The position numbers and the translations under genes were made by a program. From contig CAWEJX010000017.1 of assembly GCA_963809485.1 (NCBI GenBank), positions 96,001 to 160,000 on the forward strand: DNA of 64,000 nucleotides, given 5' to 3'. Below, in pieces: positions 50,279 to 59,337 of this stretch. Below the pieces are notes generated by a model. It made no database searches. It was given only the letters and a program-made list of their open reading frames with translations, and was not told the origin of the DNA. This DNA comes from an uncultured Acidobacteriota bacterium. GTDB taxonomy: Bacteria; Acidobacteriota; UBA6911. The first letter of the stretch is position 1; every line of letters starts with the position of its first letter.

Positions 50279-51715
50279 TCACTGCTCCATGGCCACGCGG
50301 GCCAAATCCCCGAAAGCTTCTTTCTCCATGTCTTCCCGGAAAATGGCGCGTCCCACTTCGCCGCGCAGGCGCCGGACTTCACGGATGCCCATGGCGCCCA
50401 GCACCTCAATCAGCTGGCTGTTCCAGGCGCCCATAAGGTTGCTCATGCGCCGGGCTGCATATTCGACATCACAGGAAGCGCTTTGCACCGGGCAGAGGCC
50501 GTGCATCCGGGTTTCAGGAGGCGTCTCTTCCGTGCTCATGCCATGGGTGTCGCGGCAGACACGGCAGCCGAGGGCGACCAGCAGAGCCGTATCCACAGCC
50601 ACAAGGTCGGCGCCGCAGATGATGGCTTTGGCCATATGCTCGGCCAGATCGATTCCTCCGGAAACGATCAATGTAATTTCGTCGCGGATTCCCGCATCTA
50701 CCAGGCGGCCGTGAATCTCGCGCATGGCATCTTTGATATGCCGGCCATTGACCGATTGCTCACACCCGTGCCGGCTCGCGCAGAGATGAAAAACCTTGAA
50801 TCCCTGTTGTGACAATTCGAGGATGCGGCCGGCGGTTGAGGACCGAAGCACCGTGCGGACCGAAAGAATGGCTTCCGGCGCCCCGGGCCGAATCAGGTCT
50901 GCCATTTTCGGCAAATCCGGGCAGTCCTGCAGTTGGACCATTTTGCCGATCCGGCCGCAAAGCGCCGGCAAACTCCACAGGTTGTTTTGGTCAAAAATGG
51001 GCACTACCGCCGGCATCAGATCCGGCGGCAGGCTGACGGCTTCCTGGGCGAGCACTGTCGCTACGGTGCCCAAATTTGCCGCTGCCCGCGACCGGGCATG
51101 CGCCAGCGTGACCGGGGGCACGGGCCAGGCGGGGATATCCAGAATGGCCGGGAGCGGAAGCTCGATCAGGCGCGCCGGCTGCGTGAGCATCCTGCCTTCC
51201 GGAGTGAAACTCAGACGCATTGGCTTGGATCCGACATCCACCGAGGTTGAGATGTATTCGCGCCCATGGATGCCGTCGCGTGTGGGGCGCACGATTTCGG
51301 ACATATCCGTCCATATGGAATCGAAACCGGGTCCATGGAACCTGCCCCGGTACCCTGCGCCCGAAACCGGTATCTTGCCGGACTCTGCCTGATCCCAGGT
51401 GCTGAGGATCATTTCCGGCCTGTAGTAATCGTCGCCCAATTCCAGGAATTCGGGATTGAGAGAAAGGTTCAGCAGCCCCTTGGTACAGCTTTGAACGCAG
51501 GAAAGACAGGCTTTGCATTCATACAAGGGCTGCAAAACCGCAAACGGGTCGCGGTTGTGGGCGGATTCATGCCCGTAAACGTCGTAACAGCAGCGGGGCT
51601 TGACGCAATTGGTGCAGTGCGAGCAATCCTCACGCCAGTCTACGCTGCCGAATTTGCCAATCCTGTGGAAACGTCCCGGTGTCAAAACCGTGTGTATGTG
51701 ATAGCGATCAGGCAC
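50279..51715 (-). CDS. Second, degenerate glutamate-synthase FMN-barrel-like subunit with ferredoxin
   Basis: CSHCTNC and CKACLSCVQSC; SGGI..HMAKAIICGAD and CRVC; lacks MSFG, GEGG and QGAKPG. Confidence 0.8.
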   Translation of the reverse strand: MPDRYHIHTVLTPGRFHRIGKFGSVDWREDCSHCTNCVKPRCCYDVYGHESAHNRDPFAVLQPLYECKACLSCVQSCTKGLLNLSLNPEFLELGDDYYRPEMILSTWDQAESGKIPVSGAGYRGRFHGPGFDSIWTDMSEIVRPTRDGIHGREYISTSVDVGSKPMRLSFTPEGRMLTQPARLIELPLPAILDIPAWPVPPVTLAHARSRAAANLGTVATVLAQEAVSLPPDLMPAVVPIFDQNNLWSLPALCGRIGKMVQLQDCPDLPKMADLIRPGAPEAILSVRTVLRSSTAGRILELSQQGFKVFHLCASRHGCEQSVNGRHIKDAMREIHGRLVDAGIRDEITLIVSGGIDLAEHMAKAIICGADLVAVDTALLVALGCRVCRDTHGMSTEETPPETRMHGLCPVQSASCDVEYAARRMSNLMGAWNSQLIEVLGAMGIREVRRLRGEVGRAIFREDMEKEAFGDLARVAMEQ

Positions 51716-51766
51716 CTCGATCTCCTCTTTGGGGCGGCCGCCCGCCCCCAGCTGCGGTTCAGAATT

Positions 51767-52675
51767 TCAATCCCGTAAGCCCGCCTGCTCGATGACAGCG
51801 CCAGCCAAATGCTCACAACCGTTACTGAGAACGTGAATGCCACGGATGCCGGGCATACCTTTAAGCCTTGCCGCGATTTCGGCGGCCACGGTCACCCCTT
51901 CCTTTTCTGGGTCTGCAGCTTTTTGGATTCGCTCGACAACCTCGTCTCCAATAGGCCCATAGGTCCGGCGCTTCTGAAGCACCTTTGCCTTCTCCGGGCT
52001 GGTAAGAGGCAATACGCTCGCAATAATGGCCGTACGCTTGTCAAAACCCGCAGACCTCACCACGTCCATCCATTGAGTGAATGCCTCAAAATCGAAGACC
52101 GCCTGGGTCAGCAGAAAATCCGCTCCCACTGAAATTTTTTTGGTCAGGCGCAGCACGTTCAGTTCCATCGGCCTCAAATAGGGATGGGCGATTGCTCCTA
52201 TTTGAAGGTCCAGGCCGGGTTCAGACGGGTTCCGATAGTATCCCGCCTCCTGGAGTGCCATTCTTTTCAGCGCCTTCGTGAACTGGATCGAGTCAAAATC
52301 GTTGGCAGCGGCGGCTTGAGGGCAAATGCCGAGAGACTGATGATTCCCGCTCATGCAGAGGATGCCGGATATGCCCAGGGCCGACGCGCCCATTGCGTCG
52401 CTCAATAGGGCAATACGGTTGCGGTCGCGGGTAGCCATCGACAGGATGACACCGGAATGGCCTGCCCTGCCCAGCGCGACGGCAGCAGAAAAAGCCGAGC
52501 CGCGAATCCCATCGGGGTTATCCGCAACCACGACCGCATCCAGATTGCGCGGCAACGAATCTGAAATGCCTTGGACCGCATCGGCATCGGCGCCCGCTGG
52601 GGGCAGGTATCCCGCGGTCACAAGAAAACGCGTGGAGGAAAGAGCCTGGGAAAATCCATTACAATTGCCGGTCAT
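51767..52675 (-). CDS. metF: MetF-like (methylene-THF reductase fold) flavoprotein with altered catalytic residues
   Basis: VADNP, TRDRNRIAL, GADFLLTQAVFD and GIHV motifs; catalytic Glu and Asp positions appear as Gly (VTAGYLPP) and Asn (SGNHQ). Confidence 0.85.
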   Translation of the reverse strand: MTGNCNGFSQALSSTRFLVTAGYLPPAGADADAVQGISDSLPRNLDAVVVADNPDGIRGSAFSAAVALGRAGHSGVILSMATRDRNRIALLSDAMGASALGISGILCMSGNHQSLGICPQAAAANDFDSIQFTKALKRMALQEAGYYRNPSEPGLDLQIGAIAHPYLRPMELNVLRLTKKISVGADFLLTQAVFDFEAFTQWMDVVRSAGFDKRTAIIASVLPLTSPEKAKVLQKRRTYGPIGDEVVERIQKAADPEKEGVTVAAEIAARLKGMPGIRGIHVLSNGCEHLAGAVIEQAGLRD

Positions 52676-52678
52676 CGG

Positions 52679-53233
52679 TTAACTCGCACCTTTCCCGGGA
52701 GAGCTTCCGGCCGGATTTTCAGAGGGCGACAACCGCAGCGGGCTCGAGCGGCTGCAATGAAACGTCTTCATGACCTGGTCGCGGATTTCGGTCAGTTGGG
52801 CATCCAATCTTTCCGCCGATGATTCGGCCGAATCGGCTTTCGCATCGCCGGCCGGAAAGGCTACGGTTGCCCCGGCGCGGCCCGGAAGATGAAAAAGCAT
52901 CAGACGTTCAGCCCCAAGACCGATCTCCATGAGGATCGACCGGATAAAATCGACGCGGCGGTCGCAGCGTTTGCTGCCCTCGAGAAATGTGCAATGCTCT
53001 TCCCGGCAGCCGACAACAGACACAATGCTAGTGCCGGATTCAAAGGCCTTCAGAACATGCTCGGGCTGCAACCGCCCGGAGCATGGAACAAGTATCTGCT
53101 GAACCTCGACGGGCCAATGGAAATCCAGGGCCGCGGACCGGGTCGCAATACCCGAGGCCGGTTGCCGGCCTGGCTGTGCGCAGTTAGCGCACAGAAACAG
53201 TGTAATTTCAGGAGAGTTCGGGGAATGTTCCAC
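52679..53233 (-). CDS. mvhD: Second MvhD-like [2Fe-2S] subunit
   Basis: GTG start after AGGAGG; FLCANC, VPCSGR, GCREEHC..GS and IGLGAERL motifs. Confidence 0.85.
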   Translation of the reverse strand: MEHSPNSPEITLFLCANCAQPGRQPASGIATRSAALDFHWPVEVQQILVPCSGRLQPEHVLKAFESGTSIVSVVGCREEHCTFLEGSKRCDRRVDFIRSILMEIGLGAERLMLFHLPGRAGATVAFPAGDAKADSAESSAERLDAQLTEIRDQVMKTFHCSRSSPLRLSPSENPAGSSPGKGAS

Positions 53234-53420
53234 CAGTCCTCCTTGCTTTCTTGCTCAAAAAGCCGGGATCGGGGTTGCCGCCAGACTCATCGCGGGCAGC
53301 CCGATGATCCTTGAAATCTTCGCACCGGATAATCCTCAACTGGGCGCTTCGCCTCAAAGTGCACGTTGAATCGTGCATGCAGGTTTCACACAGGCCATGA
53401 TATTTTGTCGTTTCGGCCAT
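53208..53420 (-). CDS. Small Cys-rich protein (GLCxxCxxxxxC...CEDF)
   Basis: ATG at 53420 after AAGGA and just downstream of a sigma-54 promoter; four-Cys motif. Confidence 0.6.
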   Translation of the reverse strand: MAETTKYHGLCETCMHDSTCTLRRSAQLRIIRCEDFKDHRAARDESGGNPDPGFLSKKARRTGGTFPELS

Positions 53421-53448
53421 AAAGAATCCTTTCGGAAGCGATAACTCT

Positions 53449-53464
53449 AGCAAGCGCCATGCCA
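53449..53464 (-). promoter_or_regulatory. Sigma-54 (-24/-12) promoter
   Basis: Minus-strand TGGCATGGCGCTTGCT fits TGGCAC-N5-TTGCW; 28 bp upstream of the first ATG; adjacent enhancer-binding protein gene. Confidence 0.85.
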
Positions 53465-53566
53465 ATTCAGGCATTCTATTGGCAATTATTTTCTCCAATA
53501 TTTAAGCAAATTTATAATTATTATGAAATTAAATACCATTTTAAACTAAACCTGGCAAACTATTTC

Positions 53567-53604
53567 TGGTATTAATTATTTACCATGGAACGCTATTTAT
53601 ACCA
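53567..53604. promoter_or_regulatory. Candidate tandem upstream activator sites TGGWA-N9-TACCA
   Basis: tggta-ttaattatt-tacca immediately followed by tggaa-cgctattta-tacca, about 100-140 bp upstream of the -24 box. Confidence 0.55.
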
Positions 53605-53733
53605 GTCGGGATTAAAAGGCGTTTTGGGGAGATTCATTATAAAAGTAGGAACTTCGGCGTGGGTCAGCGCTTATGTCCGCGTTCGTCCGCGTTAAGAACT
53701 GAATGGATTTGCCTGAACCTGCTCGGGACAGTA

Positions 53734-55542
53734 TCAGGATAGCCCATATTTATCGAGTTTTTTACGCAGGGTAACGCGGCTTATGGAAAGCATTCTGGCC
53801 AGTTCGCGCTGACTGAATCGACCAGAATCAAGAAAGTGACGCAGGAGTGTTTCCTCCACAGTGTCCAGGAGCAAATCCCGCAGGCCAGAAGGATTCCTTG
53901 AGGAAGCCAGAACGCGCAGAACAGCTTTGCGGAGGTCGGCCTGAGCATCGGTTTCCTGCATGGGGCTTGGATCCGCACCGGGATTCAAACGGCTGTCCAA
54001 AATCTCGTCGGGAAGCAGTTCGAGTGAGACGGTATTGTCCGGGCTCATGACCACGGCCCGCTCGATGCAGTTTTCCAGCTCGCGCACATTTCCGGGCCAG
54101 GAATAGGCCACCAGGGTGTCCAGCACATCCCGGGGGACGATCGTGACTTTGCGGTTCGCTTCGCGGTTGTATTTTTCCAGGAAATGGTCCACGAGGAGGG
54201 GAATATCCTCGCGCCGGTCTCTGAGGGGCGGCAGATGTATGGGGATGACGTTCAGCCTGTAGAGAAGGTCCTGGCGGAAACGGCCGGCGCGTATTTCCGA
54301 TCGCAGGTCCCGGCCGGTCGCAGCCACGATGCGGACGTCGACTGTCACCGTACGGCTTGATCCCACCGGCTCGAATTGTTTTTCCTGGAGCACGCGCAGA
54401 AGCTTGACCTGAAGGCGCGGGCTCATTTCACTGACTTCATCCAGGAAAAGCGTGCCCCCGTCGGCCGCCCGGAATCTTCCTTCGTAATCCCGTACGGCTC
54501 CCGTAAATGCGCCTCTGACGTGGCCGAACAGTTCGGTTTCGAGCAAGGTTTCGGGGAGCGCCCCGCAATTCACTTTGACCAGCGGGCCGCCGGAGCGATC
54601 GCTGTTGTAATGGACAACATTTGCGATCAGCTCTTTTCCCGTGCCGGTTTCGCCCGTAATCAGCACGGATGAACGCGATTGGGCCGCGGTGGCGGCCAAA
54701 CCCAACAGCCGCCGGATAGCGGCGCTGCCGCCGACGATGCTGTCGACCCTGTAGCTGCGCCTTAATTCCTCGCCGCGGCGCGTCAGGCGGTCGACACCCC
54801 GGGCGCTGCCGGTATCCCCATCCTGCGCCGCCGATCCCTCGTCCAGGTCCAGGGGTTGCGCGACGCCGATGGCGGCGTTCCGGCCCGCGGATTTGTGCAC
54901 CGTCAATGATCGTTGGCCGTTGGACAGAGAGACTTCCATTACGACCTGCGTTATGTGTCTCACTTTCGCCAGGAAAGCTTCGCTGTGAGCATCTGTCTCC
55001 ACAAGCCAGTATGCCAGGGTCGAAAGATCGTACAGACGCGGGCAGAGGTGTCCAAAAAGCCTCACGACCCTGTTTTCATCGCCCCAGAGGTCCAGCATTC
55101 CGGTGAGCGAATCAAAGACGTAGTTGGCCGACTGGCCCCCGCGCGTGCCGACCTCGACAATGGCTTTTTCCAAACGGGATGGATCCGAGGGGTCGGCGAT
55201 GTGAACGGGAGCATGCACACTATTGCGGGCGGGATCATCGAAAAATTTCAGAAAGACCTCATCGGAATTCCCTTTCCCCGATGAGAAACAGTCGATCAAA
55301 AAAAAGCGTCCCGGGGTCATGAGTCCGGCATACTTCGCCGCGATCGTTTGGGGGGATCGATTGAAGCTGACGTATACAACCGGGATTTCGTCGTGTTCGC
55401 AGGCAAGTACAAAGCTGGAGATAAAATGGTCGCCGGCCACTCCCGAGTCGATTTCCCAGACAAGGTTATCACCGGCCATCACTCCGCCGATGGCCCGGTC
55501 CACTTCGGTAATGCCCGTGGTAGGCCCGTACTTGAATGCCAT
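53734..55542 (-). CDS. Sigma-54-dependent transcriptional activator with N-terminal KaiC/RAD55-like domain
   Basis: GETGTGKE, ELFGHVRGAFTGA, TLFLDEV and WPGNVRELEN motifs; C-terminal HTH; N-terminus TTGITEVDRAIGG..YVSF..YVFDSL. Confidence 0.92.
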   Translation of the reverse strand: MAFKYGPTTGITEVDRAIGGVMAGDNLVWEIDSGVAGDHFISSFVLACEHDEIPVVYVSFNRSPQTIAAKYAGLMTPGRFFLIDCFSSGKGNSDEVFLKFFDDPARNSVHAPVHIADPSDPSRLEKAIVEVGTRGGQSANYVFDSLTGMLDLWGDENRVVRLFGHLCPRLYDLSTLAYWLVETDAHSEAFLAKVRHITQVVMEVSLSNGQRSLTVHKSAGRNAAIGVAQPLDLDEGSAAQDGDTGSARGVDRLTRRGEELRRSYRVDSIVGGSAAIRRLLGLAATAAQSRSSVLITGETGTGKELIANVVHYNSDRSGGPLVKVNCGALPETLLETELFGHVRGAFTGAVRDYEGRFRAADGGTLFLDEVSEMSPRLQVKLLRVLQEKQFEPVGSSRTVTVDVRIVAATGRDLRSEIRAGRFRQDLLYRLNVIPIHLPPLRDRREDIPLLVDHFLEKYNREANRKVTIVPRDVLDTLVAYSWPGNVRELENCIERAVVMSPDNTVSLELLPDEILDSRLNPGADPSPMQETDAQADLRKAVLRVLASSRNPSGLRDLLLDTVEETLLRHFLDSGRFSQRELARMLSISRVTLRKKLDKYGLS

Positions 55543-55609
55543 GATTTCATGTTAAGGCGGGGTTCCGTCTCCGTCAAGGATAAGAGGTCCGGTGGCCATC
55601 CGGAGGCTC

Positions 55610-56839
55610 TCAGGGACTGGATTCCATTTCTTTGAGGCGCGCGCGCACCGCGTCCGCATCATCGGCCTCGGGAGCGAACTTGAGGTAATTCCTCATTTCC
55701 GTCATGGCGCCCGCCCTGTCATTCTTCCGGACAAGAATGCTTGCCATTAAGAGGTGGACCCTGGGAACGCGGTGCTCCGGGTCTATCAATCCGGCACGCC
55801 ATGCGCGCTGTTCGGCAAGATCCATGTTGTTCAGATTGTAATTGGCGATTGCGTTCACGAGATAAGCTTCGGGAAACGACACAGAGTCCAGCATCAGCGC
55901 TTGATCGGAAACGTCCGCCGCTTCCTGCCACTTTTTCTCAATCCCGGCGACCTGGGCAAGCCAGACATAGGGTTTTACGTATAATTTGTCGATGGCGATC
56001 GCCTGGCTGTAGGCGCTTCGGGCATCTTCCAGGCGGTTTTGCTGTTGATGCAAAAGACCGAGTAGGAACCACGCTTCCACATAGGAGGGATATATTCCGA
56101 TTGCCTCTAGCAGCAGTTTTTGCGCTTCATCATACTTTTCCTTCCGGAGAGCGTTCTTTGCCCGCTCGAAAGGCTTTCTGGCTTCCTTTGGCGCGAGCAG
56201 ACTTGTAGCGCTGACCAGGCTTCCCCGAACCCGGCCGATTGGATAAAGCACAATGACGCCGACATCGTGCTGCCCTATCCCCTGCACATTGTCCAACCGC
56301 ACAACGTTGGATTGATAGCCTGCAAGTTTAGCGCGCAACTCGCAACCCCTCAATCCTGAGAACACGGGTGCAGCCTCATAGCCAGACGCCGGTTTGAAAT
56401 CCGATGACCCGCCGGCGGACCAATCCGTATCGATTCCCTGACTGGCGTCCGCTATATAGGTTCTTTCCTTCTCCGGACCGCCGACCTGAAACCCAAAGTG
56501 GCCGGATACGCCCACATTGCCTTCCAATCTGGTTCTGCCTTCACATTCGCGCTCAATGGCTGCCTCGGAAGGCACAGGCAATCCATCATCCATTACAACT
56601 TTACCGATAATAAAAATGGCAGGCTGATCGGTCTGCGGAGTTTTTTTAAACTCAGGAGAAGGGAAGGTTGGCTGCGTGGATGGAGTAGTAGAAGGCGTGC
56701 TGGGTGTGTTTTTGCCGGCGCTGCCGGTATTGCTGCCGCTGCCCGACCCCTGCCCGCCCTGCTGCGCCGGCGACAGCTGGATGCTTATCGCCAGAATCAA
56801 GACCAATACCGATATTCGTAATGCACTTGGGGCTTTCAT
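55610..56839 (-). CDS. Exported TPR protein
   Basis: Signal peptide; low-complexity linker; SATSLLAPKEARK followed by TPR repeats. Confidence 0.85.
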   Translation of the reverse strand: MKAPSALRISVLVLILAISIQLSPAQQGGQGSGSGSNTGSAGKNTPSTPSTTPSTQPTFPSPEFKKTPQTDQPAIFIIGKVVMDDGLPVPSEAAIERECEGRTRLEGNVGVSGHFGFQVGGPEKERTYIADASQGIDTDWSAGGSSDFKPASGYEAAPVFSGLRGCELRAKLAGYQSNVVRLDNVQGIGQHDVGVIVLYPIGRVRGSLVSATSLLAPKEARKPFERAKNALRKEKYDEAQKLLLEAIGIYPSYVEAWFLLGLLHQQQNRLEDARSAYSQAIAIDKLYVKPYVWLAQVAGIEKKWQEAADVSDQALMLDSVSFPEAYLVNAIANYNLNNMDLAEQRAWRAGLIDPEHRVPRVHLLMASILVRKNDRAGAMTEMRNYLKFAPEADDADAVRARLKEMESSP

Positions 56840-56973
56840 GGCAGAGTCCTCATATTTAAAGAACAGGACAACAGGGAGGAACGGGACAACAACCTACGAG
56901 CCCAACTAATGCAGCAGATCCATTGAATACACTATACTCCCAAAACTCCTGAAATGCATGACCCATATGAAGA

Positions 56974-56999
56974 GGTTCCGGCAGGGGAATGCCGGAACC
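56974..56999 (-). terminator. Hairpin downstream of tyrS
   Basis: ggttccggca...tgccggaacc. Confidence 0.5.
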
Positions 57000-57032
57000 C
57001 GAAGATTCCTATACGCCCGGAGGGAAGAAAGG

Positions 57033-58314
57033 CTAACGGGTGATGCGTATCAGCCAGTAATTCTTGCGGCCTCGACGCAGCACCAGAAACTGGCCATCAA
57101 TAACATCAGCCGGCTTTATTTTGAACGCGGACTCAGCGACGCGGCGATTATTCAGATAAATTCCACCTGCCTCAACCGCGCGGCGAGCTTCGCCCTTGGA
57201 TGGCACAATCCCGCATTCCGTCAGGAGATCGGGAAGGGCCAATCCCTCCCCCTGAAGGCGATCCATGGGATATTTCGCCCGAAGGAACATCGGCAAAGAG
57301 GTCCGCCACTTCAGCCGCCGAAAGGCCAGTGACCTCGCCTCCGAACAGGACCTGGGAAGCCTGTTCCGCGCTACGGAGCGCCGTTTCATCATGGACCGTC
57401 CGCGTCATCTCGCACGCAAGACGGCGCTGGGCTTCGCGCTGTTCCGGCTTCTGTGCCACGGCAGCCTCGAGTTCCTGCACCTCATCCGCCCCGAGCCAGG
57501 TGAAGAACTTCAAATAGCTGACCACATCCCGGTCGTCGGTGTTTAGCCAGAACTGATAGAAGCGGTACGGCGAGGTGCGCTCAGGAGAAAGCCAAACGGC
57601 GCCTGATTCCGTCTTGCCGAACTTGGTGCCATCCGCTTTGGTGATCAGAGGATATACCAGGGCGCCCGCAGGCTTGCCCCTCATGCGGCGGATCAACTCC
57701 ACGCCTGCCGTGATGTTGCCCCACTGGTCGCTCCCGCCGGCCTGCAGGGTGCAGTTATAGTGATCGAACAAATGCAGAAAGTCGTACGACTGAAGCAGCA
57801 TGTAGCTGAACTCGGTAAAGGAAATCCCGTCCTCACGGTCGAGGCGCAGCTTGACGGAGTCCTTGCTGATCATGTAATTCACGGTGAAATGCTTGCCGAT
57901 ATCGCGCAGAAAATCTACCAGGTTGAGCGACAGGAGCCAATCGGCATTATTCACCAGGATCGCCGGATTCTTTTGACTCTCAAAATCGAGAAAATGGGCG
58001 AGCTGCTGTTTGATGGCCTCGATATTGGCCTCGATTGTCTCGCGTGACAAAAGCTGGCGTTCGGATGCCCTGCCGCTGGGATCGCCGATCATGCTTGTCC
58101 CCCCTCCGGCAACGGGGATGGGCGTATGTCCGTAGCGCTGTAAGCGGGCGAGAGTTATCAGCGGGACCATATGTCCCACATGCAGGCTGTCGGCCGTCGC
58201 GTCAAAGCCGGTGTATACCGTCACCTGGCCGCCGGCAAGCATCTCCGGCACGCTTTCCGTAGAGTCATATACCAGTCCCCGCCACTTGAGTTCATCAAAT
58301 GCGCTCGGCGCCAT
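57033..58314 (-). CDS. tyrS: Tyrosine--tRNA ligase (one +1 frameshift near 57265 before the S4 domain)
   Basis: [23 protein letters not shown] and KFGKT motifs; the S4 domain ([25 protein letters not shown]) continues in the adjacent frame. Confidence 0.95.
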
Positions 58315-58455
58315 AAACTTTCCCTCCAATAGAAAAATGGCGGCAGGCGCGCATTTTCCCCATTTGCGAAATGAGTGCCTGTCGCCATTTTCCCTGTTAG
58401 TATAGCATCAGTCAGTCGTCTTCCGGCTGGCCTAATAAGAAAGGGGAAAATCACA

Positions 58456-59337
58456 ATGGTGCGCTTAGCCCTGACCATCCTTATACTCGCTGTCACTTCG
58501 CCGTCATTGCTGCGGGCGCAGCAGAATTCGCCGCAAATCACCACCGTGCCCGTAGCCGGACCGATATTCATGCTTCAGGGCGGCGGCGGCAATATCGGCG
58601 TGATCACCGATGCCGCAGGACTCTTCATCATCGACAGCATGGATGAACGATCCGCCGATCAGATACGCGCGGCGCTCAAGGCTCTGCCCGGCGGCCAGAG
58701 GACCCGAATTCTGATCGACACGCACTGGCACAGTGACCACACGGATGGCAACAAGGTTTTTGGGCCCGAGGCCGTCATCATCTCACAACAGAATGTCCGA
58801 TCGCTCCTGGCCAAATCTCAAAATATGGGGGGACAGCAGACCAAGCCTTTGCCTCCCGGCACTCTCCCCATCGTAACGTTTTCGGACAAGCTGATGCTCT
58901 ATGCGGGAGATGAGACGGTGCGGCTGGTCCATTACGCAAATGCGCATACGGACGGAGACACGGTGGTCTTCATGGACCGGTCCAAAGTAGTCCACATGGG
59001 GGACATGTTTTTTAACGGTTTGTTCCCGTATCTGGATGTGGCCAATGGCGGCGATATCGATAACTGGGTCCGGCAGCTGGACGCCATACTTTCGGAACTG
59101 CCCGAGGGCGTGAAAATCATTCCCGGGCATGGCCCCGTGGCCGGCATATCCGATCTCAAAGCATTCCGGCAGATGCTCTACGATTCAGCGGAAACGGTTC
59201 GGAAACAGATGAAGGAAGGGAAAATTCTGGAGCAGATCAAAGCCGCCGGCCTGCCCGAGCGTTTCGCTCCATGGACTGGAGGGTTCCTAACAACGCCGCA
59301 GTGGCTGGAACTCGTTTACCGCAGTCTTGAAAAATAA
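58456..59337 (+). CDS. Exported MBL-fold metallo-hydrolase (cyclase-like)
   Basis: Signal peptide; GGNIG, THWHSDHTDGN, AHTDGD, HMGD and IPGHG motifs. Confidence 0.9.
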   Translation: MVRLALTILILAVTSPSLLRAQQNSPQITTVPVAGPIFMLQGGGGNIGVITDAAGLFIIDSMDERSADQIRAALKALPGGQRTRILIDTHWHSDHTDGNKVFGPEAVIISQQNVRSLLAKSQNMGGQQTKPLPPGTLPIVTFSDKLMLYAGDETVRLVHYANAHTDGDTVVFMDRSKVVHMGDMFFNGLFPYLDVANGGDIDNWVRQLDAILSELPEGVKIIPGHGPVAGISDLKAFRQMLYDSAETVRKQMKEGKILEQIKAAGLPERFAPWTGGFLTTPQWLELVYRSLEK

